DNA of 64,000 nucleotides, taken from the NCBI GenBank assembly GCA_016870515.1, contig VGBL01000002.1:133506-197505 (forward strand). Direction: 5' to 3'. The position numbers and the translations under genes were made by a program. Of this stretch, positions 38,632-45,892 are shown piece after piece; within the stretch, counting starts at the first letter, position 1, and every line of letters starts with the position of its first letter. Under the pieces are notes generated by a model. It was not told the origin of the DNA, did not search any database, and saw nothing but the letters and a program-made list of their open reading frames with translations. Origin of the DNA: Actinomycetota bacterium (GTDB lineage Bacteria; Actinomycetota; Actinomycetes; S36-B12).

Positions 38632-39539
38632 CAGGTGTGCACCTTCATGAATCGATCGTTGAGTTCACCCTCGTAGTAGAAGACGGCGCGGCCGATGTTG
38701 TCCTCGGTCCACGTGATGGTTGGGAAGTCCGGGTCGGGGCGGTAGCCCCCGGTGAACACCTCATTGCGAGTGCCGAGGGGATCAAAGAAGTAGATGGTGT
38801 TGCCTCGCGTGATGCCGTGGCGCGTGGGACCCACGTCGATCTGGATGCCGTTGTAGGCCAGGATGTCAGCGCTCTTGCGCACGTGATCCCAGTCGTCCAG
38901 CCAGAACGCGAAGTGATGGAGCCCGCCGTTGGGGCCGGAGACGATGGCCAGGTCGTGCGGCGAATGCGAGCGCTCCATCCACGTGGCGGCCTGGTGGCCC
39001 TCGCCATCCAGGAGCTGCTCGGTGACCCGGAAGCCCAAGACGTCGGTGAAGAACTTCGTGGACTCCCCCACCTCCTCGGCGGTCACCAGCAGGTGGTCCA
39101 TGCGTGGCGGGGCGATGCCGCGCGTGCCCTCGAAGAAGGGCGCGGGGTTCAGATTGCCGGTCGCACGACCGATCCTGTCGACGTCGTGCACGAGTTCCAT
39201 CACCTGACCCGAGGGCGTCTCGAATCTGATCGACTCGCCCTGGCCGATCGACGCACCCTTGCTGATGCGCTCGACCGGCAGGCCGTACTTGCCGACGGCG
39301 TTCTCGAGGTCGGACAGGTCGTCCTCGCGCAGCACCTTGAACGACATCAGGTCGAAGCCGACGCGCGGCGCGTAGGAGATGCGCAGCGAGTGATGGTCGA
39401 CCTCGTCCCAGCACTTGAGGTACACGGAGTTCTCGTCGCGCTCGACCTCCAGCAAGCCCATGACCTCGGTGTAGTAGGCCGCGGCCAGGTCGAGATCGGT
39501 GACCGTGATGTCGACGTGCGCCAGGCGCAGGATTCCCAT
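38631..39539 (-). CDS. Catechol 2,3-dioxygenase (XylE-type extradiol dioxygenase), copy B
   Basis: ATG 39539, in frame within ORF 38631..40025. 302 aa. MDHLLV, GLHHFAFW, GTRNEVF, ending DRFMKVHT. By eye, just over half of positions are identical to copy A. Its stop overlaps the copy A start (TGATG). Confidence 0.92.
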   Translation of the reverse strand: MGILRLAHVDITVTDLDLAAAYYTEVMGLLEVERDENSVYLKCWDEVDHHSLRISYAPRVGFDLMSFKVLREDDLSDLENAVGKYGLPVERISKGASIGQGESIRFETPSGQVMELVHDVDRIGRATGNLNPAPFFEGTRGIAPPRMDHLLVTAEEVGESTKFFTDVLGFRVTEQLLDGEGHQAATWMERSHSPHDLAIVSGPNGGLHHFAFWLDDWDHVRKSADILAYNGIQIDVGPTRHGITRGNTIYFFDPLGTRNEVFTGGYRPDPDFPTITWTEDNIGRAVFYYEGELNDRFMKVHT

Positions 39540-39596
39540 GTCGTCGCTCCCCAATCCCTCGGGCGTCGCTCGTGGCCCGAACCTAGGGCCTACCTG

Positions 39597-39631
39597 TCCC
39601 GCATCGAAGGACAGCGTTCCCGCATGCGGGA
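39597..39631. promoter_or_regulatory. Candidate operator: 14-bp perfect palindrome TCCCGCATGCGGGA plus upstream half-site
   Basis: Palindrome at 39618-39631. The TCCCGCA half-site repeats at 39597-39603 (21-bp spacing). Both lie in the 84-bp divergent region between the dioxygenase operon and the hypothetical/IclR operon. Confidence 0.35.
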
Positions 39632-40322
39632 CGTATCTGCTACGGTCCCGCTCGTGGAGGGGACGACACCCGAAGGCATGCGCCAGGCGATGGCCGACTA
39701 CGTCCGCGCCCTGCACCAGGCCTACCTCGATGCCGTCGCGACCCTTCCCCCGGCCGAACGCGCGCGCCTGCCACTTGTCGCTGCCGGCGACGTGACCGTG
39801 GCCGCCGCGGGCGTGCGCAGCCTGCATGTGATCGGCACCCTCGAAGCATTGCCCGCGCCTCAAGGACCCGAAGTCGAAATCCGCGACTGCGTCGACGATC
39901 TCGCATGGACACTGCGCTTCTTCGATCCCGTTGTCGCGCCCGCTTTGGGGATCATCGACGAATCCGCCGGCCCCAACTACGACGAGGTACGCCGTGCTCT
40001 CGGCATCAGAACGGTCGCGTATCACCTGGCCGTCCCGCCGGGGGGCAGCCTCACGTCACACCACGCTCTGCATGCTGGCACCGGCCTGGCGCACAGCCAT
40101 GCTGCCGCAGCACGTGACTTCGATGCACTTCGCGCGCATGCTCCTGGCCGCGAAGGGCTAGTCGACGAGATGCAGGGGGCCAGCATTGCCGGCCTCGCGC
40201 GTTCGCAGGTTCTCCTGGCCCACGCCATCGCGCCCGGACTCGATGGCCTGAGCTTGGAGCCACCCGCCGATCCCGCCGACGTCCGCCGCATCCTGCTCTC
40301 CTATCTGAGGTCTCCCTCGTGA
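39624..40322 (+). CDS. Hypothetical protein (~232 aa) co-transcribed with the IclR regulator
   Basis: 3' portion of ORF 38637..40322; the 5' ~1 kb of that ORF is antisense to the dioxygenase gene. In-frame starts at ATG 39624, GTG 39654 and ATG 39678. Stop overlaps the IclR start (GTGA). No motif recognised. Confidence 0.55.
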   Translation: MRDVSATVPLVEGTTPEGMRQAMADYVRALHQAYLDAVATLPPAERARLPLVAAGDVTVAAAGVRSLHVIGTLEALPAPQGPEVEIRDCVDDLAWTLRFFDPVVAPALGIIDESAGPNYDEVRRALGIRTVAYHLAVPPGGSLTSHHALHAGTGLAHSHAAAARDFDALRAHAPGREGLVDEMQGASIAGLARSQVLLAHAIAPGLDGLSLEPPADPADVRRILLSYLRSPS

Positions 40323-41143
40323 CCCCGACTCCCCCCAAGCGGCAGCACTCCACCCTGTCCAGCGTGCGCAACGCCGCTCGCCTGCTCAAGGAGTTCGGCC
40401 ACGGCGACCGCGACATGGGCGTCACCGAGATCTCCCGGCGGTTAGGCATCGGCAAAAGCACCGCGCACCGACTGCTGAGCACGCTGGCCGACGAGCGTCT
40501 CCTGGAGCAGGATCCGGACACGGGCGCCTACCGACTCGGATTGGCCATGTACGAACTCGGCGCGTCCGTGGCGCTCCACAACGACCTGCACGAGGCGTGC
40601 TCGCCTGTGATCGACCAATTGCGCAATGCAACGCGCGAGACCGTGCAGGTAGCCGTGCTCGACGGTCGCGAGGTTGTCTACGTCGAGCGGCGCGAGAGCC
40701 CACAAACCCTTCGCCTGTTCGGACGCGTCGGTCACCGCAACGACGCCCACTGCACGAGCACCGGCAAACTGCTGCTCGCCTACCTCGATGATGAGCAACT
40801 CCAGGCCACGGTGCGCGGCTGGAAGCTCAAGCGCAAGACCCCCTACACGATCACGGATCCGCGGGCCCTGCTCAGTGCACTTGTGGAGGTCCGACGGCAG
40901 GGCTGGGCCGAAAACGTCAACGAGTCTGAACTGGGGGCGGCATCGATCGCGGCACCCATCCGCAACGAGCGCGGTGAGGTGATCGCGGCGCTGTCCATCG
41001 TGGGCCCCGTCCAGCGCCTGGGCAGCGATTCCCTGCGGCGCTTCGCCCGACCCGCCGTGGAGGCCGCCCTCGCGGTGAGCCGACGCCTGGGCTATAGAGA
41101 TCCACGCACCCCCCGTCGCACAGCAGGAGAGGGCAACCCATGA
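40319..41143 (+). CDS. IclR family transcriptional regulator
   Basis: wHTH MGVTEISRRLGIGKSTAHRLLSTL, plus an IclR effector domain (HCTSTGKLLLAY, ELGAASIAAPI). Confidence 0.92.
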   Translation: MTPTPPKRQHSTLSSVRNAARLLKEFGHGDRDMGVTEISRRLGIGKSTAHRLLSTLADERLLEQDPDTGAYRLGLAMYELGASVALHNDLHEACSPVIDQLRNATRETVQVAVLDGREVVYVERRESPQTLRLFGRVGHRNDAHCTSTGKLLLAYLDDEQLQATVRGWKLKRKTPYTITDPRALLSALVEVRRQGWAENVNESELGAASIAAPIRNERGEVIAALSIVGPVQRLGSDSLRRFARPAVEAALAVSRRLGYRDPRTPRRTAGEGNP

Positions 41144-41931
41144 CCAGACCCACCCCCGAGCAGATACGCGAGATGTCGGCAGCGCTGCTGGGTGCCCGTG
41201 TCAATCGTCAGCCGATCCCGCCGCTCACCGAGCGGTTCCCTGAGATGACCGCCGAGGATGCCTACGCCGTGCAGCAGGGCCTCATTGCGGGCCTGCTCGC
41301 CGACGGCGACTCGATCATCGGCTACAAGCTCGGCCTTACCAGTCGCGCCATGCAGGAGATGCTCGGTGTCGACCAGCCCGACTACGCACCGGTCTTGGGA
41401 TCGACCGCCTACGCCGACGGTGGCGAGGTTCCCGCTGACCGCTACATCGCACCGCGCATGGAAGCCGAGATCTGCGTCGTGCTCGACGATCCGCTGTCAG
41501 GCCCGCACTGCACCGCAGCTCAGGCATGGGAAGCCACTCGGGGTCTCGTGGCTGCACTGGAGATCGTCGACAGCCGCATCGCCGACTGGAAGATCACGCT
41601 AGCCGACACCATCTCCGACCTCGCCTCCAACGGCGCGGTCGCATTCGGCAGCCGCGTGGTGCCGCTCGGCGACTTCGATCCGGCTCTCATCGGCATGGTG
41701 TTCACGCGCAACGGCGATCTCGTGGCCACCGGCGCTGGGGCTGCCGCGCTCGGCGGCCCGATCGACGCCGTCGCCTGGCTTGCCAACACCCTGTATCCGC
41801 TCGGTGTCACGCTTCCGGCGGGGGCCATCATCATGACCGGGGCACTCCATGCGGCCGTGCCCTTTGTGCGCGGCGATGTCTTCCGCGCCGACTTCGACCG
41901 CCTCGGCCCCATCACCCTTCGCATAGCCTGA
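41140..41931 (+). CDS. 2-keto-4-pentenoate hydratase
   Basis: 263 aa. AYAVQ, GYKLGLTS, PRMEAEICVVL (MhpD/XylJ/DmpE family). First gene of a dmpEFGH-like order. Confidence 0.85.
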   Translation: MTRPTPEQIREMSAALLGARVNRQPIPPLTERFPEMTAEDAYAVQQGLIAGLLADGDSIIGYKLGLTSRAMQEMLGVDQPDYAPVLGSTAYADGGEVPADRYIAPRMEAEICVVLDDPLSGPHCTAAQAWEATRGLVAALEIVDSRIADWKITLADTISDLASNGAVAFGSRVVPLGDFDPALIGMVFTRNGDLVATGAGAAALGGPIDAVAWLANTLYPLGVTLPAGAIIMTGALHAAVPFVRGDVFRADFDRLGPITLRIA

Positions 41932-41946
41932 GCCGAAAGGACACCC

Positions 41947-42858
41947 ATGACACTGCGCTGCGCCATCGTCGGCTCCGGCAACATCGGCACCGACCTGATG
42001 ATCAAGATGCTGCGTAGCGACAAGCTGCAGCTCACCGCACTGGTCGGCATCGACCCCGATTCCGATGGCCTCGCCCGCGCAAAGGCGCTGGGCGTCGACG
42101 CCCCCCACCAGGGACCTGATTGGGTCATCGACCACGCCAACGACTTCGACATGGTCTTCGATGCCACGAGCGCCTATGTCCACGTGCGCTACCACAAGAA
42201 ATACGAGGAGGCAGGCATGACGGCGGTCGACCTCACGCCCGCTGCCCGCGGACCCAAGGTGATCGCCGCTGTGAACCTGACCGAGCACCTCGACGCACCC
42301 AACATCAACATGGTGACCTGCGGCGGCCAGGCCACGACACCCATGGCCTACGCCATTCGTCGAGCGGTCGATCGACTTCCCTACTGCGAGATGGTGTCCA
42401 CCGTTGCCTCGAAGTCGGCAGGGCCCGGCACACGGCAGAACATCGACGAGTTCACCAAGACCACATCGACCGCCCTTCGCGAGATCGGCGGCGCCGACAC
42501 AAGCAAGGCCATCATCATCCTCAACCCTGCAGACCCGCCCATCATCATGCGCAACACCGTCTTCGGGGCGCTCCCCGAGGGCACCGACCACGACGCCGTG
42601 CTCGAGTCGATCTACGACATGGAGAAGTCGGTCTCGTCCTACGTCCCCGGATACCGGCTGAAGAACCAGTTGGTCGTCGAGGAGGGTCCCTACAACACAC
42701 CGGGTGGCCTTGTCCCCCACCGCGTCGTTGTGCTGCTGGAGGTCGAGGGCGCCGGCGACTACCTGCCCACCTTCGCCGGCAATCTCGACATCATGACCGC
42801 CGCCGCTATGCGCGTCGGCGAGGCCATTGCCGACCACCGAGAGGGTGACGCTGCATGA
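41947..42858 (+). CDS. Acetaldehyde dehydrogenase (acetylating)
   Basis: [15 protein letters not shown], catalytic Cys in [10 protein letters not shown], 303 aa (DmpF/MhpF family). Confidence 0.95.
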   Translation: MTLRCAIVGSGNIGTDLMIKMLRSDKLQLTALVGIDPDSDGLARAKALGVDAPHQGPDWVIDHANDFDMVFDATSAYVHVRYHKKYEEAGMTAVDLTPAARGPKVIAAVNLTEHLDAPNINMVTCGGQATTPMAYAIRRAVDRLPYCEMVSTVASKSAGPGTRQNIDEFTKTTSTALREIGGADTSKAIIILNPADPPIIMRNTVFGALPEGTDHDAVLESIYDMEKSVSSYVPGYRLKNQLVVEEGPYNTPGGLVPHRVVVLLEVEGAGDYLPTFAGNLDIMTAAAMRVGEAIADHREGDAA

Positions 42859-43889
42859 GCGCCAAGGCCGCCGACTACCGCCTGATCGACTCGACCCTGC
42901 GCGATGGCTCGCATGCCATATCGCACCAGTTCTATGCGGAGGATGTCATCCGCATAGTCGAGGGCCTCGACAATGCCGGGGTGAAGGTCATCGAGATCGC
43001 CCACGGAGACGGCCTCGGCGGGTCCAGCTTCAACTACGGCTTCTCCGCGGTTCCCGAGAAGGAGCTCATCGCCAAGGCCTGCGAGACGGCGCAGCAGGCT
43101 CAGATCGCCTGCCTGATGCTGCCCGGCATCGGGCTCGCCGACGACCTGCGCGAGGTCCGCGAACTCGGCATCACCGTAGCCCGCATCGCCGTGCACTGCA
43201 CCGAGGCCGACATCACCGAGCAGCACATCAAGGTGGCTAAGGAACTCGGCATGGAGGCCATAGGATTCCTCATGCTGGCCCATATGAACTCCCCCGAGGG
43301 CCTGGTCGAGCAGGCCCTTCTCCTGCAGTCCTACGGCGCCGACACCGTCTACATCGCCGACTCGGCAGGCGCCATGACCGTCGAGGACGTGCGCCGTCGC
43401 GTCAACGCCCTGGTCGGGGCGCTCGAGGTGCCCCTCGGCGTACACGCCCACAACAACCTGTCCATGGCGGTTGCCAACTCGATCGCTGCCTACGAGGAGG
43501 GCGCCAAGAACCTCGACGGCACCTCGGCAGGCCTCGGGGCGGGAGCAGGCAACTGCCCCACGGAGATCCTCGCCGCGGTGTCGACGAAGTGCGGCATCGA
43601 AACCGGCGTCGACCCACTCGCCCTCATGGACGTGGCCGAAGACGTCGTGCGACCAATCATGCCTCGACAGCAGGTCATCGACCGAGCAGGGCTTCTCCTC
43701 GGCTACGCCGGGGTCTACGGCTCATTCCTGCTGCATGCCGAGCGCGCCGCGGAGCGATACGGTGTACCGCAGTCCGAGATCTTGCTCGAATTGGGTCGAC
43801 GCAAGGTGGTCGGCGGCCAGGAGGACATGATCATCGACGTCGCTCTCGAACTCGCCCGCAAACACGCCGATCAGGAGATCACCGGATGA
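42855..43889 (+). CDS. dmpG: 4-hydroxy-2-oxovalerate aldolase
   Basis: [26 protein letters not shown]-terminal communication domain. Start overlaps the upstream stop. Confidence 0.95.
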   Translation: MSAKAADYRLIDSTLRDGSHAISHQFYAEDVIRIVEGLDNAGVKVIEIAHGDGLGGSSFNYGFSAVPEKELIAKACETAQQAQIACLMLPGIGLADDLREVRELGITVARIAVHCTEADITEQHIKVAKELGMEAIGFLMLAHMNSPEGLVEQALLLQSYGADTVYIADSAGAMTVEDVRRRVNALVGALEVPLGVHAHNNLSMAVANSIAAYEEGAKNLDGTSAGLGAGAGNCPTEILAAVSTKCGIETGVDPLALMDVAEDVVRPIMPRQQVIDRAGLLLGYAGVYGSFLLHAERAAERYGVPQSEILLELGRRKVVGGQEDMIIDVALELARKHADQEITG

Positions 43890-44668
43890 GCACCCTCGAT
43901 CATGACGTGGCCGTCGAGCGCCTAACCACCGCCGTCCGCGAACTCACCGCGACGACCCCCCTGACCGAGCACCACGGGCACTTCGACATCCCGACGGCCT
44001 ACGACCTGCAGGCGCGCGTTGTTGCCCACCGTCTCGAGCAGGGCCATCGTGTCATCGGGGCCAAGCTCGGGCTCACCAGCGAGGCCAAGCAGAAGCAGAT
44101 GAATGTCAACGAGCCGCTCTACGGGTGGCTCACCAGCGACATGCGCGTCGAGCCGGGATCCCCTCTGGTCGTCGGCCAGTTCATCCAGCCGCGCGTCGAG
44201 GCTGAGATCGCCTTCCTGATGGGTGACGACCTCGAGGGCGACGACATCGGGGCCGCCGACGTGCTCGCGGCGACGGCGGCCGTCATGCCCGCGATCGATG
44301 TGCTCGACTCCCGCTATGCCGGCTACTCCTTCACGCTCCCCGACGTCATCGCCGACAACTCGTCGTCAGCGGGATTCGTCACCGGGTCTGTGCTCGTCGA
44401 TCCCACGGGCATCGACCTTCGCCTGTGCGGCGTCGTCCTCGAGGTCAATGGCCAGGTTGTCGCCACCGCGGCCGGTGCCGCCGTGCTCGGCCATCCGGCC
44501 GCCTCCGTCGCATGGCTGGTACGCGCTCTCGCGCGCCGAGGCGAGGGCCTCGAGGCGGGCATGACCGTGCTCTCCGGCGCGTGCACCGCGGCCTTCGCCG
44601 TGACCGCGGGCGACACTGTCGTTGCTCGCATCGACCGTCTCGGAGCCGTCGAGGTCCCGTGCAGGTGA
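43886..44668 (+). CDS. 2-oxo-3-hexenedioate (4-oxalocrotonate) decarboxylase / hydratase paralogue
   Basis: ATG 43886 overlaps the aldolase stop (ATGA). AYDLQ, GAKLGLTS, PRVEAEIAFLM. Decarboxylase is assigned from its position (the dmpH slot) only. Confidence 0.75.
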   Translation: MSTLDHDVAVERLTTAVRELTATTPLTEHHGHFDIPTAYDLQARVVAHRLEQGHRVIGAKLGLTSEAKQKQMNVNEPLYGWLTSDMRVEPGSPLVVGQFIQPRVEAEIAFLMGDDLEGDDIGAADVLAATAAVMPAIDVLDSRYAGYSFTLPDVIADNSSSAGFVTGSVLVDPTGIDLRLCGVVLEVNGQVVATAAGAAVLGHPAASVAWLVRALARRGEGLEAGMTVLSGACTAAFAVTAGDTVVARIDRLGAVEVPCR

Positions 44669-44674
44669 TCGGCC

Positions 44675-45049
44675 ATGCCTAACTGGACGCCAACGTTCCG
44701 CGCCGATGAGCTCGTCGCGCCGCGGCGCTTCGAGGACGGTGGACACGCGGTGCTCATTGCCATCATCGAAGGCGAGCCTCATGCCGTCGCGGATTCCTGC
44801 CTTCACAAGGGCACCTCCCTCCAGGGCGGAGTGTGCAAGCAAGGCATCATCACCTGCCCTTCGCATTGGTGGCGGTACGACCTGCGCGACGGCGCGCTGC
44901 AAGGTTCGTCCGGAGTTCACCTGGCAACCTTCCCCTGCCGCATCGTCGATGGCACGATCGAGGTCGCACTACCCGATCCCACCCCCTCGCTCTCATTGCG
45001 CCAGCAGCTCCTCGCTCACGCTCGTAGCGGAAGGTCTTCCGATGCGTGA
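44675..45049 (+). CDS. Rieske (2Fe-2S) ferredoxin-like protein
   Basis: 124 aa. CLHKG...(17 aa)...CPSHWW, the Rieske CxH/CxxH ligand set. No catalytic domain. Confidence 0.8.
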   Translation: MPNWTPTFRADELVAPRRFEDGGHAVLIAIIEGEPHAVADSCLHKGTSLQGGVCKQGIITCPSHWWRYDLRDGALQGSSGVHLATFPCRIVDGTIEVALPDPTPSLSLRQQLLAHARSGRSSDA

Positions 45050-45563
45050 TTCCAAGCGCTTCCCGATCGAGGCGTTCGTCGACGTGCTCGACGCCAACGC
45101 TGCGCACCAGGAGTCCTACGCAGGCAGCTCGCTCAGCGGCTGGGCTGCTCGCGGTCTGGCCGTCGTGACCTGCATCGACTCGCGTATCGATCCGCTGGCC
45201 GCCCTGGGCATGAAGGCTGGCGATGTCAAGATCCTGCGCAACGCCGGAGCTCGCGTGACCGAGGACGTGCAACGAACGCTGGTCCTCGCCTCCTACCTGC
45301 TCGGCGTGGAGCGGATCCTCATCATGCCGCACACCGACTGCCGCATGGTGGGCTCGCCGGAGGCGGCAATCCATCAGACGATCCGTGAGCAGCACGGCAT
45401 CGACACCCGGAGCATCGAATTCCGCACGTCCGCCGATGTCGACGTCAGCCTTGCCCAGGACATCGTGCGCCTGCGGGCTAACCCGCTGCTACCCAAGGGC
45501 GTCAAGGTCGGCGGCGCCGTCTACGACGTGAAGACCGGAGCACTACGACCGGTCGAGATCTAG
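45042..45563 (+). CDS. Beta-class carbonic anhydrase
   Basis: ATG 45042, in frame within ORF 44622..45563, overlaps the Rieske-ferredoxin stop. Zinc ligands CIDSR and HTDC. 173 aa. Confidence 0.88.
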   Translation: MRDSKRFPIEAFVDVLDANAAHQESYAGSSLSGWAARGLAVVTCIDSRIDPLAALGMKAGDVKILRNAGARVTEDVQRTLVLASYLLGVERILIMPHTDCRMVGSPEAAIHQTIREQHGIDTRSIEFRTSADVDVSLAQDIVRLRANPLLPKGVKVGGAVYDVKTGALRPVEI

Positions 45564-45879
45564 GGCCGCCCAGGCTCGCAGTAGCGGGCAACGCGGGCCA
45601 CCTTGACGTCGCATTGCCAGGCGCTGACCGGTTGGTGCGGGGAGAAATCACCCCGTGCTGCCCCCATTTGCGCTGCTCCAAGTCTGCCGATATTGCCGTT
45701 TCGATTCGCACATGTCCGCCCTCGATCCCTGAGACACCGTGGGCGCTCGGGCCGTGTCCCTGGGCTATCGACGTCGTCCACCCACGAGTACCGCACGAGG
45801 CAAGGCACTTGAGCAGGCGGTCCTGGACGAGGGACTCCCCGACGATGGTCAGGCACGTGATGCTCGAGAACTCGCTCAT
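45560..45879 (-). pseudogene. P-II-like (SbtB/DUF3240-like) gene, frameshifted
   Basis: MSEFSSITCLTIVGESLVQDRLLKCLASCGTRGWTTSIAQGHG...RIETAIS in one frame, starting at ATG 45879 after AGGAAGGA. The C-terminal part ...GDFSPHQPVSAWQCDVKVARVARY continues in another frame (ORF 45560..45856). The span is 320 nt, not a multiple of 3. Shift near 45670-45695. Confidence 0.55.
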
Positions 45880-45892
45880 GGTGCGTTCCTTC

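Noticed and set aside
38637-39560. 5' ~920 nt of the 561-aa plus-strand ORF 38637..40322
   Set aside because: It runs exactly antisense to catechol 2,3-dioxygenase copy B, which has full-length family similarity. The translation is Val/Asp/Gly/His/Arg-rich mirror sequence with no motif. Only the 3' part beyond the divergent intergenic region (from about 39624) is kept as a gene.
39624-40322. The ~24 kDa hypothetical protein as the third (gamma, PpsC-like) subunit of phenylphosphate synthase
   Set aside because: The size fits. However, I see no CBS-domain-like pattern, which is what I recall for that subunit. The gene is also on the opposite strand, coupled to the IclR gene rather than to the kinase genes.
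45042-45563. Beta-carbonic anhydrase as evidence for an anaerobic-type phenylphosphate carboxylase pathway
   Set aside because: No UbiD/UbiX-like carboxylase subunits are present. The cluster contains O2-dependent Rieske and extradiol enzymes. A link to the adjacent decayed sbtA/P-II module or to the decarboxylase is more parsimonious.
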